In this document: piece after piece, positions 21,470 through 29,670 of the stretch
Layout: every line of letters starts with the position of its first letter
Numbering within the stretch: position 1 is the first letter of the stretch
Assembly: GCA_964514975.1 (NCBI GenBank)
Contig: CAZESS010000017.1
Span: 1-53,407 of the forward strand
DNA from: an uncultured Thermoplasmatales archaeon
GTDB taxonomy: Archaea > Thermoplasmatota > E2 > UBA202 > DSCA01
DNA length: 53,407 nt
Direction: 5' to 3'
Notes under the pieces: model-generated
Databases searched by the model: none
The model's input: the letters and a program-made list of their open reading frames with translations, nothing else
What the model was told of the DNA's origin: nothing
Made by a program: the position numbers and the translations under genes

Positions 21470-22576
21470 TCAGCGTTCCTCTGATTTCCGTATCTGTCGC
21501 TCGACGACCTCGAAGGCGTTTTTGATGGCGTGCATGGCGCCCCATCCCTCCTCGCCGGCGATGAACATGCCCCGCGGGGTTGACAGGCGCATCTTGCAGT
21601 AAATGGAGGAGATGCCCCGGAGAGTTTCCTTGTGCTCCTTGAGATGCACGTAGAGGTAGCCGTTGCCCAGATACTCCCGGTATGTCTGCACCGCCTCCTC
21701 CAGAAAGCTGCGGGCATCGCGCTTGTCGAACTCGTCGAGGCTGTCGAGCGGTCCGGCGAACTGGACGACGAAGGGCATGGTCTCCTCCCGTGCCAGCGCC
21801 GCAATGGGCTCCAGCAGGTCTTTTTTGGTGACGATGCCCTGCACCGTTGCATCCCGGCCGATCAGCATACCCCGGAGCCCGTGTTCATGCATGGCCTCGA
21901 CGACCTTGCCTATGGTGGCGCCGGGCGGCATGATGAGCAGTTTTTCCACCATGATGCCCTCCACCGGCATTTTCAGGTAGTGTTTTTTCTCGCCGATGTA
22001 TTCGCCGTGTGCCTCCAGCCCCTTGGCTTTTTCCTCTGGATGGATGACCCGGTTTACGATGTCGTCCATGGTGACGATGCCGACAGTTTCGCCGTCCTCC
22101 ATGACGGGCAGCCGGGAGATGTCTTTTTCCTTGAAATATTTGAGCGCCTTGCCGACGCTTTCCCCCGCCTCGATGGATATCACCGGGCTGCTCATGTAGC
22201 TTTTCACCGGCTCGTCGCCATAGGCGGTGCCGGCCGCCACGTCGAGTATCGCATCTGCGGTGACCACGCCCTGCAGCCCGTTGTTGTCGAGCACGGGCAG
22301 CATGTAGACGCCGCTTTCGACCATCAGCCGGGCGGTTTCCTCTGCGGTCTCGTCGGGTGAGAGCTTGGGGACGTGTGTGAGATACGTTTCCGCCTTGCTG
22401 TTCAGCGGTATCTTCGCCCGCATGACGTCGCGTTCCCGGAGCATTCCCCGGTAGCCGTCCTCGCCGGTGACTATGAGGCTGTCGACCTCGCTGAACAGGT
22501 GGATGGCCTTCGATATCGGCGTGTTGGCATCGATGCGTGGAAAATCTGTTTCGAGTAAATCATTTGCAGAAACCAT
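21470..22576 (-). CDS. 4xCBS domain protein with C-terminal HPF/RaiA-like domain
   Basis: two CBS pairs (LPV..GVVT, RLPVM..GIVT); C-terminal ~100 aa ending 'AIKNAFEVVERQIRK'. Confidence 0.8.
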   Translation of the reverse strand: MVSANDLLETDFPRIDANTPISKAIHLFSEVDSLIVTGEDGYRGMLRERDVMRAKIPLNSKAETYLTHVPKLSPDETAEETARLMVESGVYMLPVLDNNGLQGVVTADAILDVAAGTAYGDEPVKSYMSSPVISIEAGESVGKALKYFKEKDISRLPVMEDGETVGIVTMDDIVNRVIHPEEKAKGLEAHGEYIGEKKHYLKMPVEGIMVEKLLIMPPGATIGKVVEAMHEHGLRGMLIGRDATVQGIVTKKDLLEPIAALAREETMPFVVQFAGPLDSLDEFDKRDARSFLEEAVQTYREYLGNGYLYVHLKEHKETLRGISSIYCKMRLSTPRGMFIAGEEGWGAMHAIKNAFEVVERQIRKSEER

Positions 22577-22638
22577 GTTTTTTCCTCTGGGTATTATGGC
22601 CATCCTTCTTTATAAATATTGGTGAAGGGGAAACGGGG

Positions 22639-25284
22639 CTACCGCTGCCTGATGGCGGCCTGCGCCGCCGCCAGACGCGCGATGGGCACCCGGTAGGGGG
22701 AGCAGCTCACGTAGTCGAGCCCCACCTCGGTGACGAACCAGATGGAGGCGGGGTCGCCGCCGTGTTCGCCGCAGATACCCAGCGATATGTCCTCCTTTGT
22801 TTCCCGTGCCCTGTCTACGGCCATCCTGATCAGGGCGCCGACACCGTCCCGGTCGAGCGTCTGGAAGGGGTTTTTCCGCATCACGCCCTCTTTTTTGTAG
22901 CCGTCGAAAAACTTGCCCTCGCTGTCGTCGCGGGAGAAGCCGAACGTGGTCTGCGTCAGGTCGTTGGTGCCGAAGGAAAAGAAATCGGCTATCGCTGCGA
23001 TTTTATCGGCGATGAGACAGGCGCGTGGCAGCTCGATCATCGTCCCGACCTTGTAGTCGAGGTCGATATCCGCCGCCGTGATTTCTTCCTCAGCGACGGA
23101 GCGGACCATGTCCTCCACGTGCTCCAGCTCCTCCCCCAGGCTGACCAGCGGTATCATGATGTGTGGTTTCACGTCGGTGTCCGTTTCCCGTTTCACATCA
23201 GCGGCAGCACGGATGATGGCGCGGACCTGCATCGCAAATATCTCGGGATGGATGATGCCCAGCCGGCAGCCGCGGAACCCGAGCATCGGATTCGCCTCCT
23301 CCAGGTTTTTGACCTTTTTCAGCATCCTGCCCAGCCTCGTCAGGTCCTTGCCTTGGAGGGAGCGCTCCACAACCTCGCCGAGGAGCTCCTCCCGGGCGGG
23401 CAGAAACTCATGTAACGGCGGGTCGAGCAGCCGGATGATGACCGGGTAGCCCTCCATGACCTTGAAGATGCCGGCGAAGTCCTTCTGCTGCACGGGCAGG
23501 AGCTTGTCGAGCGCCTCCTGCCGTTCTTCGATTGATTCGGCGGTTATCATGTCCTGCATGATGGGCATGCGGTCCTCGGCCATGAACATGTGCTCGGTCC
23601 GGGCGAGGCCGATGCCCTCGGCGCCGAACGACCGGGCTCTGGCGGCATCCTCGGGCGTGTCGGCGTTTGTGCGAACGCCGATGGTCCGGAATTCCTCGGC
23701 CCATCCCAGCAATGTTTCGAACTCGCCGGAGAGCTGCGGGTCCTTCATCGCCACCTCGCCGTCCATAATCTCGCCGGAGCCGCCGTCGATGGTGATAGGG
23801 TCGCCCCTGCCGTACTCGCGGTCTTTGAACCTGACCGTCTGGTTGCTGAGGTCGATGGCCGCGTTCTTGCAGCCCGTGATACAGGGCTTGCCCATGCCCC
23901 GCGCGACGACCGCCGCATGCGATGTCATGCCGCCGCGCGACGTCACGATTCCCTCCGCCGACACGAGGCCGTGGATGTCCTCCGGCGAGGTTTCCGGCCT
24001 GACCAGGATAACCTTTTCATCCTGCTCCTTGACCAGCCGCTCCGCCTCGTCGGGGTCGAACACGATGTGGCCGGATGCGGCGCCGGGCGACGCGTTGAGG
24101 CCGGTTGCGATAACCGTTCGCTCTGCCTCGGGGTCGATGCGCTTGTGCAGCAGTTGGCTCAGGCTCTCCGGGTCGATGCGCATCACCGCCGTCTCCCGGT
24201 CGATGACGCCTTCCTCGGCCATGTCAACCGCTATCTTGACGGCTGCATCGGCAGTTCGTTTGCCCGTCCGGGTCTGCAGCATCCAGAGCGTGCCCTCGTG
24301 GATGGTGAACTCGAAGTCCTGCATGTCCCGGTATTCCTCCTCCAGGATGTCGCTTATCTGCTGCAGCCGCTCATAGGCATCGGGTATCTGGTCTGCGAGG
24401 TCCTCGAGGGGATGCGGGGTCCGGATGCCCGCGACGACATCTTCGCCCTGTGCGTCCAGCAGGTATTCTCCGTAGAGCCGGTTTTCTCCCGTTGCCGGGT
24501 TGCGGGTGAAGCCCACGCCCGTCCCCGAGTTTTTGCCGGTGTTGCCGAACACCATGGCCTGCACGTTGACCGCGGTGCCCATGTCGTCCGGGATGTCGTT
24601 GGCCTCCCGGTAGCGGATGGCGCGCTCATTGTTCCAGGATTCGAAGACGGCGTCGATGGCCATCTTGAGCTGCCGCCACGGGTCCTGGGGAAAGGTTTTA
24701 TCATGGCGTTCGATGATGTTTTTGAAGCGGATGACCAGGTCTTTCAGGTCGCCGGTTTTCAGGTCGGTGTCGTTTTTCGCGCCCGCTGCTTCCTTGATGT
24801 CGGTGATCGCCTGCTCGAAGGCCGCATGCTCTATCCCGAGCACCACGTCCCCGAACATCTGGATGAGCCGGCGGTAGGAATCCCAGGCGAAGCGCTCGTT
24901 TTCGGTCTGTCGTGCAAGGCCTTCCACCGAGTCGTCGTTGAGCCCGATGTTGAGCACGGTGTCCATCATGCCGGGCATGGAGATGGCGGCGCCGGAGCGG
25001 ACGGAGACGAGCAGGGGGGTGTCGGTGCTGCCGAACGTTTTGCCGAGTTCTTCCTCCACCTTGTCCATGTTTGCCTCCACCGCGTCCATGAAGCCCTCGG
25101 GGTAGTCGCCGTGCTCGGTGTAATAGTTGCATACCTCGGTGGTGATGGTGAAGCCGGGTGGTACGGGCAGCCCGATGCTCCGCATGCGCCCCAGGTTGGC
25201 GCCCTTGCCGCCCAGCAGTTCCTTGTCGACCGGTCCTTCGCCGAAGTAGTACATCATGTCATGCTCAATAACGTGTTCGTTCAT
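22639..25284 (-). CDS. ppdK: pyruvate, phosphate dikinase
   Basis: LGGKGANL, SVRSGA..SMPGMMDT, GGMTSHAAVVAR, FSFGTNDLTQ, GICGEHGG. Confidence 0.98.
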   Translation of the reverse strand: MNEHVIEHDMMYYFGEGPVDKELLGGKGANLGRMRSIGLPVPPGFTITTEVCNYYTEHGDYPEGFMDAVEANMDKVEEELGKTFGSTDTPLLVSVRSGAAISMPGMMDTVLNIGLNDDSVEGLARQTENERFAWDSYRRLIQMFGDVVLGIEHAAFEQAITDIKEAAGAKNDTDLKTGDLKDLVIRFKNIIERHDKTFPQDPWRQLKMAIDAVFESWNNERAIRYREANDIPDDMGTAVNVQAMVFGNTGKNSGTGVGFTRNPATGENRLYGEYLLDAQGEDVVAGIRTPHPLEDLADQIPDAYERLQQISDILEEEYRDMQDFEFTIHEGTLWMLQTRTGKRTADAAVKIAVDMAEEGVIDRETAVMRIDPESLSQLLHKRIDPEAERTVIATGLNASPGAASGHIVFDPDEAERLVKEQDEKVILVRPETSPEDIHGLVSAEGIVTSRGGMTSHAAVVARGMGKPCITGCKNAAIDLSNQTVRFKDREYGRGDPITIDGGSGEIMDGEVAMKDPQLSGEFETLLGWAEEFRTIGVRTNADTPEDAARARSFGAEGIGLARTEHMFMAEDRMPIMQDMITAESIEERQEALDKLLPVQQKDFAGIFKVMEGYPVIIRLLDPPLHEFLPAREELLGEVVERSLQGKDLTRLGRMLKKVKNLEEANPMLGFRGCRLGIIHPEIFAMQVRAIIRAAADVKRETDTDVKPHIMIPLVSLGEELEHVEDMVRSVAEEEITAADIDLDYKVGTMIELPRACLIADKIAAIADFFSFGTNDLTQTTFGFSRDDSEGKFFDGYKKEGVMRKNPFQTLDRDGVGALIRMAVDRARETKEDISLGICGEHGGDPASIWFVTEVGLDYVSCSPYRVPIARLAAAQAAIRQR

Positions 25285-25354
25285 ATTGTCACCTCTTGCA
25301 GCATTGATATAATCCCGGCGGTAATGAACCCTTTCCTTTTTATATTTTTCCCAC

Positions 25355-25362
25355 CATATATC
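25355..25362. repeat. left copy of 8-bp target site duplication CATATATC
   Basis: identical to 28304-28311; abuts the left IR. Confidence 0.92.
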
Positions 25363-25447
25363 GGTTCTGTTAACTCGGCGGGTGATTTTTCCGCCTGTTA
25401 AGTTAGCGGGTGACGAATGTTTTTATAACTCGTCTCCTTTTGGTTTT

Positions 25448-25519
25448 GTCCCGCCCGAGCGTGTTGGTCACCGCCCACGTCATAGGGATTGTGATTATCT
25501 TTCCCTTCTCGGGCGGGAC
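25448..25519 (+). ncRNA. candidate IS-encoded sRNA antisense to the transposase translation-initiation region
   Basis: TTTTATAA at 25421-25428; perfect 12-bp closing stem GTCCCGCCCGAG/CTCGGGCGGGAC; 25460-25473 pairs with 27070-27083 and 25499-25507 pairs with 27085-27093. Confidence 0.7.
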
Positions 25520-25614
25520 GCCTATTCAAAATGGGATATGAACTATTCTGTGAGCCAACCACAACCGCATACAATCTTTTACCAAGTGAGTAATACTCTG
25601 CAACTGCGGAAAGA

Positions 25615-25635
25615 ACCCGAAATCCTAACAGAACC
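25615..25635 (+). repeat. internal copy of the right IR
   Basis: ACCCGAAATCCTAACAGAACC identical to 28283-28303. Confidence 0.9.
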
Positions 25636-25779
25636 GAGGTGGCGAAGGTGAGGTGGTTGTGGCCTTTTCCGTTGATTTTCGCTTTGTTGTGTGAGCTATA
25701 TTACATGCCTTATAATGAGGGGGAATGGTTCTTTGTTGGTATTATTGTGATATATTGCTTAATTTTATCTCATCGGCTT

Positions 25780-26391
25780 TTAAATTCCCAGAAGGAATTT
25801 AGCAATTGGTTTTACAACAAGAATATACCCGACCATGATGACGACAATGAAAATAAAATAATATGATAAATAGTGTCCATAAATTTTCCGTTGTTCATTC
25901 GCTCTTCGTGAAGGATCTTGGATACTTTGAAAAATTATTGAGAATGAAACGCCAGCGAAAAGACCAATCATTAAATAAAACAATGCACGAAATTCCTCCT
26001 CTTTGTCCATTAAAGAGACGGTGTCTTGAAATAAAGGAGATACCAATAATAAAAAGCTTAATGAAAAAATTGCTAATACAAAACCCACGAAATATATTAT
26101 TTTTAAAATGCCTTCCCCTATGGGCATCCATCGTCCTTCAAAATCTTGATAACGGTATTCTCTTGGTATATCTTCCACGGCCTTTGTTTCTTTTGCAAAT
26201 TTTGTATAATAATATATCTCATAAATGGTGGCCACAAAGGGGAGCGACCACATCATTGCAACGATTATTACAAAGTAAATCTCAATGTTTTCTAAATAAC
26301 CAAGTTCCCTTATCCCAAGAACAGCAATCATCGGTATTGCTGATAAATAGAAAAGATAAAGCGATATTTTTCTTATCTTCTTTCTATCCAT
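25780..26391 (-). CDS. hypothetical multi-pass membrane protein (IS passenger)
   Basis: 203 aa, about 5 TM segments, AT-rich codons, AGGTG upstream. Confidence 0.75.
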   Translation of the reverse strand: MDRKKIRKISLYLFYLSAIPMIAVLGIRELGYLENIEIYFVIIVAMMWSLPFVATIYEIYYYTKFAKETKAVEDIPREYRYQDFEGRWMPIGEGILKIIYFVGFVLAIFSLSFLLLVSPLFQDTVSLMDKEEEFRALFYLMIGLFAGVSFSIIFQSIQDPSRRANEQRKIYGHYLSYYFIFIVVIMVGYILVVKPIAKFLLGI

Positions 26392-26419
26392 CTCCGATGC
26401 ACCTTTTTAACAATCAATT

Positions 26420-26710
26420 TTATTCAAGTAATCCATACAGAATACCAATAGATATACAAAGAAATGAAGAGGCAATCAATACTGCTGATAATAAATTCAT
26501 ATCAATATTGTGCCATGCTACACCAACGGATAAAATAATTAATATAAAACCACCTATACCAACGAAGCCATGGGATAGCCTGTCAAATATAAATCCTACT
26601 CTCTTATTTGAAAATTCTCCACTAAAAAACGGAAGTATATCCTTGATAGAATTATTAGGGGTTTCATCAATTGGGAAGCAAAGATATATTCCTTTTTTTC
26701 CATCTCTCAT
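26420..26710 (-). CDS. hypothetical small 2-TM protein (IS passenger)
   Basis: GAGGTG SD before ATG; two C-terminal hydrophobic helices. Confidence 0.6.
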   Translation of the reverse strand: MRDGKKGIYLCFPIDETPNNSIKDILPFFSGEFSNKRVGFIFDRLSHGFVGIGGFILIILSVGVAWHNIDMNLLSAVLIASSFLCISIGILYGLLE

Positions 26711-26757
26711 AACTATGCACCTCATCTATGTATCTGGTAATGACTTAAAATCGTTAT

Positions 26758-26819
26758 GGGAATGCCCATCTGTGCATTTTGAGCAAAGCTCCTATGCACC
26801 TCAACAGGTGGGCATTCCC
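26758..26819. repeat. 16-bp inverted repeat enclosing a structured loop
   Basis: GGGAATGCCCATCTGT / ACAGGTGGGCATTCCC (15 WC + 1 G.U on the + strand). Confidence 0.75.
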
Positions 26820-26821
26820 TC

Positions 26822-26986
26822 CTATTCCTTTGGTTTCAGGATATACATATCGTCGGCAACGATGCCCTTTAGTTCTTGGTTGTCACTCCATTTTAGCCGT
26901 CTAAAGTCATCCTTGGGGATGGTCACGGTGTATTTGACGTATGTTTTCCCCTTGTACTGTCGGCTCTCACTCTTTTGCAGTTTCAT
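26822..26986 (-). CDS. AbrB/MazE/SpoVT-like small DNA-binding protein (54 aa, not in ORF track)
   Basis: MKLQKSESRQYKGKTYVKYTVTIPKDDFRRLKWSDNQELKGIVADDMYILKPKE*; 'VTIPK...L.W....L' swapped-hairpin pattern; divergent from the transposase. Confidence 0.75.
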   Translation of the reverse strand: MKLQKSESRQYKGKTYVKYTVTIPKDDFRRLKWSDNQELKGIVADDMYILKPKE

Positions 26987-27002
26987 AGTACCTAAATATA
27001 AG

Positions 27003-27020
27003 AAAGGTATATATACCTTT
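27003..27020. promoter_or_regulatory. perfect 18-bp palindrome in the divergent abrB/tnp promoter region
   Basis: AAAGGTATATATACCTTT. Confidence 0.6.
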
Positions 27021-27080
27021 AGGGTGCTAAAATACCGTAAGGTTTATATAGACTTTCCCGTTATGTATATGGTGACCAAC

Positions 27081-28220
27081 ATGAAAGGGAAAGTAAGCCG
27101 AGCCAAGCTCGAAAAACTGAGAAAAATGAGGGCGTATGCCATCATAGCGAAGGGCGATATGCCCCAAAAGAAGGATAAGGATATTTTCATGGTGCCCTCG
27201 CAGAGTGAGCCGCAAAAGACCTACACGGTAACACACAATGGCGGATGGGAATGCTCCTGCTCCGACCACCAAGAGACGGGATTGATGTGCAAGCACATAC
27301 AGTCGGTGCAGATGTGGGAAACCTTTGACGAGCATCAGGATGACGATGTCCTTGAATTAAAGGCAGAGATTGACCATCCACAATGCGACGAATGCGGTTC
27401 ATACGCTGTCGTTAAGAACGGGAAACGGCAGACCGAACAGGGAGAAAAACAACGGTATATGTGCAAGGACTGTGGCCATCGGTTTGTGCAGGAGCAGATA
27501 AAATACCGGAAGGCAAACACGAAACTCATCGCTCTCTGCCTCGACCTCTATTACAAAGGATTGTCGCTCCGTAAGATAGCGGATACGCTGGAGCAGTTTT
27601 ATGACCTCGACGTAAGCCACGTTGCGGTTAAGGACTGGATTGACACCTTCATGGACAAGATAACCGAATATGTGAACAAATACAATCCTGACCTTGGCGG
27701 TGAATGGAACATCGATGAGCAAAAAGTCAAATCGGATGGGAAATGGGTGTATGCATGGAATGTCATGGACAAAAAGACACGCTTCCTTGTCGCTAACAAA
27801 ATCACGGAACAGCGGAGCATCCTTGAAACCAAAATGGTCATGGGGAAGGCGACGGGACAGACCGAGACACGCCCAGAGCGTGTCGTTACCGACGGTATGA
27901 CGGCATATCCAGCAGCCGTAAAGGGTATGTTCCCCACAGCAGAACATATCCACAATGCAGGGATACGGGACGCTGTGAACAATAACACCCTCGAAAGGTA
28001 TCATGGGACATTCAGAGAGCGAGACAAGGTGATGCGGGGGTTAAAGAGCGATGAGACCGCAGACAGCATGATAGACCACTATCGGACATATTACAATTTC
28101 ATATGGGGGCACACATCACTCAACGGGCAGACACCCGCAGAAATGGCAGGGATAAAACTCGCCGATGGAAAGAATAAGTGGCTGTCGCTGCTGGAAAAAA
28201 GCACGGAGGGGATACAATAA
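27081..28220 (+). CDS. IS6-family DDE transposase with N-terminal SWIM zinc finger and zinc ribbon
   Basis: GGTGA SD; CSC..CKH (SWIM), CDECG..CKDCG, HTH (GLSLRKIA), WNIDE / VVTDG / NNTLERYH. Confidence 0.92.
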   Translation: MKGKVSRAKLEKLRKMRAYAIIAKGDMPQKKDKDIFMVPSQSEPQKTYTVTHNGGWECSCSDHQETGLMCKHIQSVQMWETFDEHQDDDVLELKAEIDHPQCDECGSYAVVKNGKRQTEQGEKQRYMCKDCGHRFVQEQIKYRKANTKLIALCLDLYYKGLSLRKIADTLEQFYDLDVSHVAVKDWIDTFMDKITEYVNKYNPDLGGEWNIDEQKVKSDGKWVYAWNVMDKKTRFLVANKITEQRSILETKMVMGKATGQTETRPERVVTDGMTAYPAAVKGMFPTAEHIHNAGIRDAVNNNTLERYHGTFRERDKVMRGLKSDETADSMIDHYRTYYNFIWGHTSLNGQTPAEMAGIKLADGKNKWLSLLEKSTEGIQ

Positions 28221-28303
28221 AACCCTTTTCTTTTTCCCAAAAATCACCCGCATCTAACAGTCGGTTAAAAACCGTCAATATCACCCGAAATCCTAACAGA
28301 ACC

Positions 28304-28311
28304 CATATATC
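28304..28311. repeat. right copy of target site duplication CATATATC
   Basis: identical to 25355-25362. Confidence 0.92.
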
Positions 28312-28383
28312 TATAGGTCTCTATAGACATGGCGGGGTCGGCTTCAAGGACGTAAAAAAAAAGATATCTTGTCCGGGACAGGC

Positions 28384-29670
28384 CTACGGCATGCATCCCT
28401 CGGGCAGATAGTCCTCCGGGTCGATGTCCAGGGGCAATGGTTCTTTCACGAAATGTTTTTTGTCCCGGCCCGCCGGAATCGTCAGGTCGAACCCGAGCTT
28501 GGTGGTCTCCCTTGTATCGAGGTCCGAGGACGGGTCAAGCGACGAGCCCTTCTCATGCCTGGTTACGATATCGCGGTCGCCCTGGAAGCGGGTGGCCATC
28601 GCCCATTCTATCTGGTCGGGGTCATGAATGTCGATGTCGTCGTCGACGACGAACACGTGCTTCATCGACGAGTGGCCGCGGAAGGCGGCCTCGATGGCCT
28701 TCCTGCCGTCGTCCTCGTGCTGCTTGTTGATGCTGACGGCGCCGTGCAGCCATGAGCAGCCGCCCGGCGTGATGTAGACATCCCGGATGTCGCAGACCGT
28801 GCCAACCTCCCGATAAATCGTTGGCTCACGGGGCATCCCCATCAGGGTTTTGTGTTCAAGCCCGCCGGGCAGCAGGCCATGGAAAAAGCCGGCGGGGCGG
28901 GCATAGACATGTTTCACCCGCGCGACGGGCTGCTGGCGGACGATATCAGGTGTTTCCGTCAGGTCGAGGAATGGCCCTTCGTCGTGCATCTCGCCGGTCA
29001 TCTCAGCGATCATGACGACCTCAGCTGGGGGAACCATGTGGCCGTCGACGTCAACCAGAGACGTTTTTTGCAGCGCGTTGGCGATGGCAAGTTCGCTCAC
29101 CTCCGTTCCGGCGGAAATCGCGGCGGCGACCAGCACCGGCATCGGATTGCCGATGCAGATGGCGAACTCGTCGAGCCCACGCTCCAGATAGGCGTGGAAG
29201 TCACGGGGCAGGATGCGCAATACCAGCCGGTCGCTGCTGATTTTCATCATCCGGTGATAGGAGGCGTTGCGGCCGTATTCGGGGTCATCGGCAACGACGA
29301 CGGCTGAGGCGATGTAGGGGCCTCCATCGGAGCGGTAGTAGGTGAGGATGGGCAGGTCATCGAGGCTGTCCAGCTCCCTGTAGGCAACGCGGGTGCTGCC
29401 CTCCGGCTTCACAGGTGTGTCGATAGCGTCGCCGATGGCGTGAATGATGTCCCCGGGTTCTATCTCCAGGCCGGCGGCGACGAGCTCCCTGGTCGAGGAG
29501 ATGTTGGCGACCACGGGCATCTCATGGCCCTGCACGTTGCTGAACAGCAGCGGGGTGCCGTCGAGCTGTTTCATCAGCGTCGCTATCTCATACTCGGGTG
29601 ACACCTCCCGCGATATCTTGACGAGTTGTCCGTTCTGTCGTAAAAACGAGACCAGCTCTCTGAAATCCAT
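28384..29670 (-). CDS. UbiD family decarboxylase (possibly anhydromevalonate phosphate decarboxylase)
   Basis: DGGPYI, NASYHRM, EGPF, VVDDDIDIHD..EWAMATRFQ, GSSLDPS. Confidence 0.9.
   Translation of the reverse strand: MDFRELVSFLRQNGQLVKISREVSPEYEIATLMKQLDGTPLLFSNVQGHEMPVVANISSTRELVAAGLEIEPGDIIHAIGDAIDTPVKPEGSTRVAYRELDSLDDLPILTYYRSDGGPYIASAVVVADDPEYGRNASYHRMMKISSDRLVLRILPRDFHAYLERGLDEFAICIGNPMPVLVAAAISAGTEVSELAIANALQKTSLVDVDGHMVPPAEVVMIAEMTGEMHDEGPFLDLTETPDIVRQQPVARVKHVYARPAGFFHGLLPGGLEHKTLMGMPREPTIYREVGTVCDIRDVYITPGGCSWLHGAVSINKQHEDDGRKAIEAAFRGHSSMKHVFVVDDDIDIHDPDQIEWAMATRFQGDRDIVTRHEKGSSLDPSSDLDTRETTKLGFDLTIPAGRDKKHFVKEPLPLDIDPEDYLPEGCMP

Larger units (their letters stand above)
25363..28303 (+). 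mobile_element. IS6-family element with passenger genes (2,941 bp)
   Basis: IRL GGTTCTGTTAactcggCGGGTGA vs IRR (revcomp) GGTTCTGTTAggatttCGGGTGA; GGTTCTGTT start resembles IS257/IS1216 IRs; 8-bp TSD; DDE transposase; AT-rich interior. Confidence 0.92.

Noticed and set aside
23590-25401. Long antisense ORFs (603 aa opposite ppdK; similar ones opposite tgtA, dnaK, ychF and others)
   Set aside because: Expected shadow frames of GC-rich coding sequence; no motifs.
25448-25523. tRNA gene or hammerhead ribozyme
   Set aside because: tRNA-sized, but only two inner arms, no TTCRA T-loop, no anticodon arm; no CUGANGA/GAAA hammerhead core on either strand.
25639-25866. 75-aa + strand membrane ORF
   Set aside because: Overlaps the 203-aa gene by 87 nt and starts right at the internal IR; cannot be supported, possibly a truncated fragment.
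25863-28220. 785-aa transposase as a single protein
   Set aside because: Recognisable domains start at 27081 behind a good SD and TATA; the upstream part is antisense to credible genes. Kept only as an oddity.
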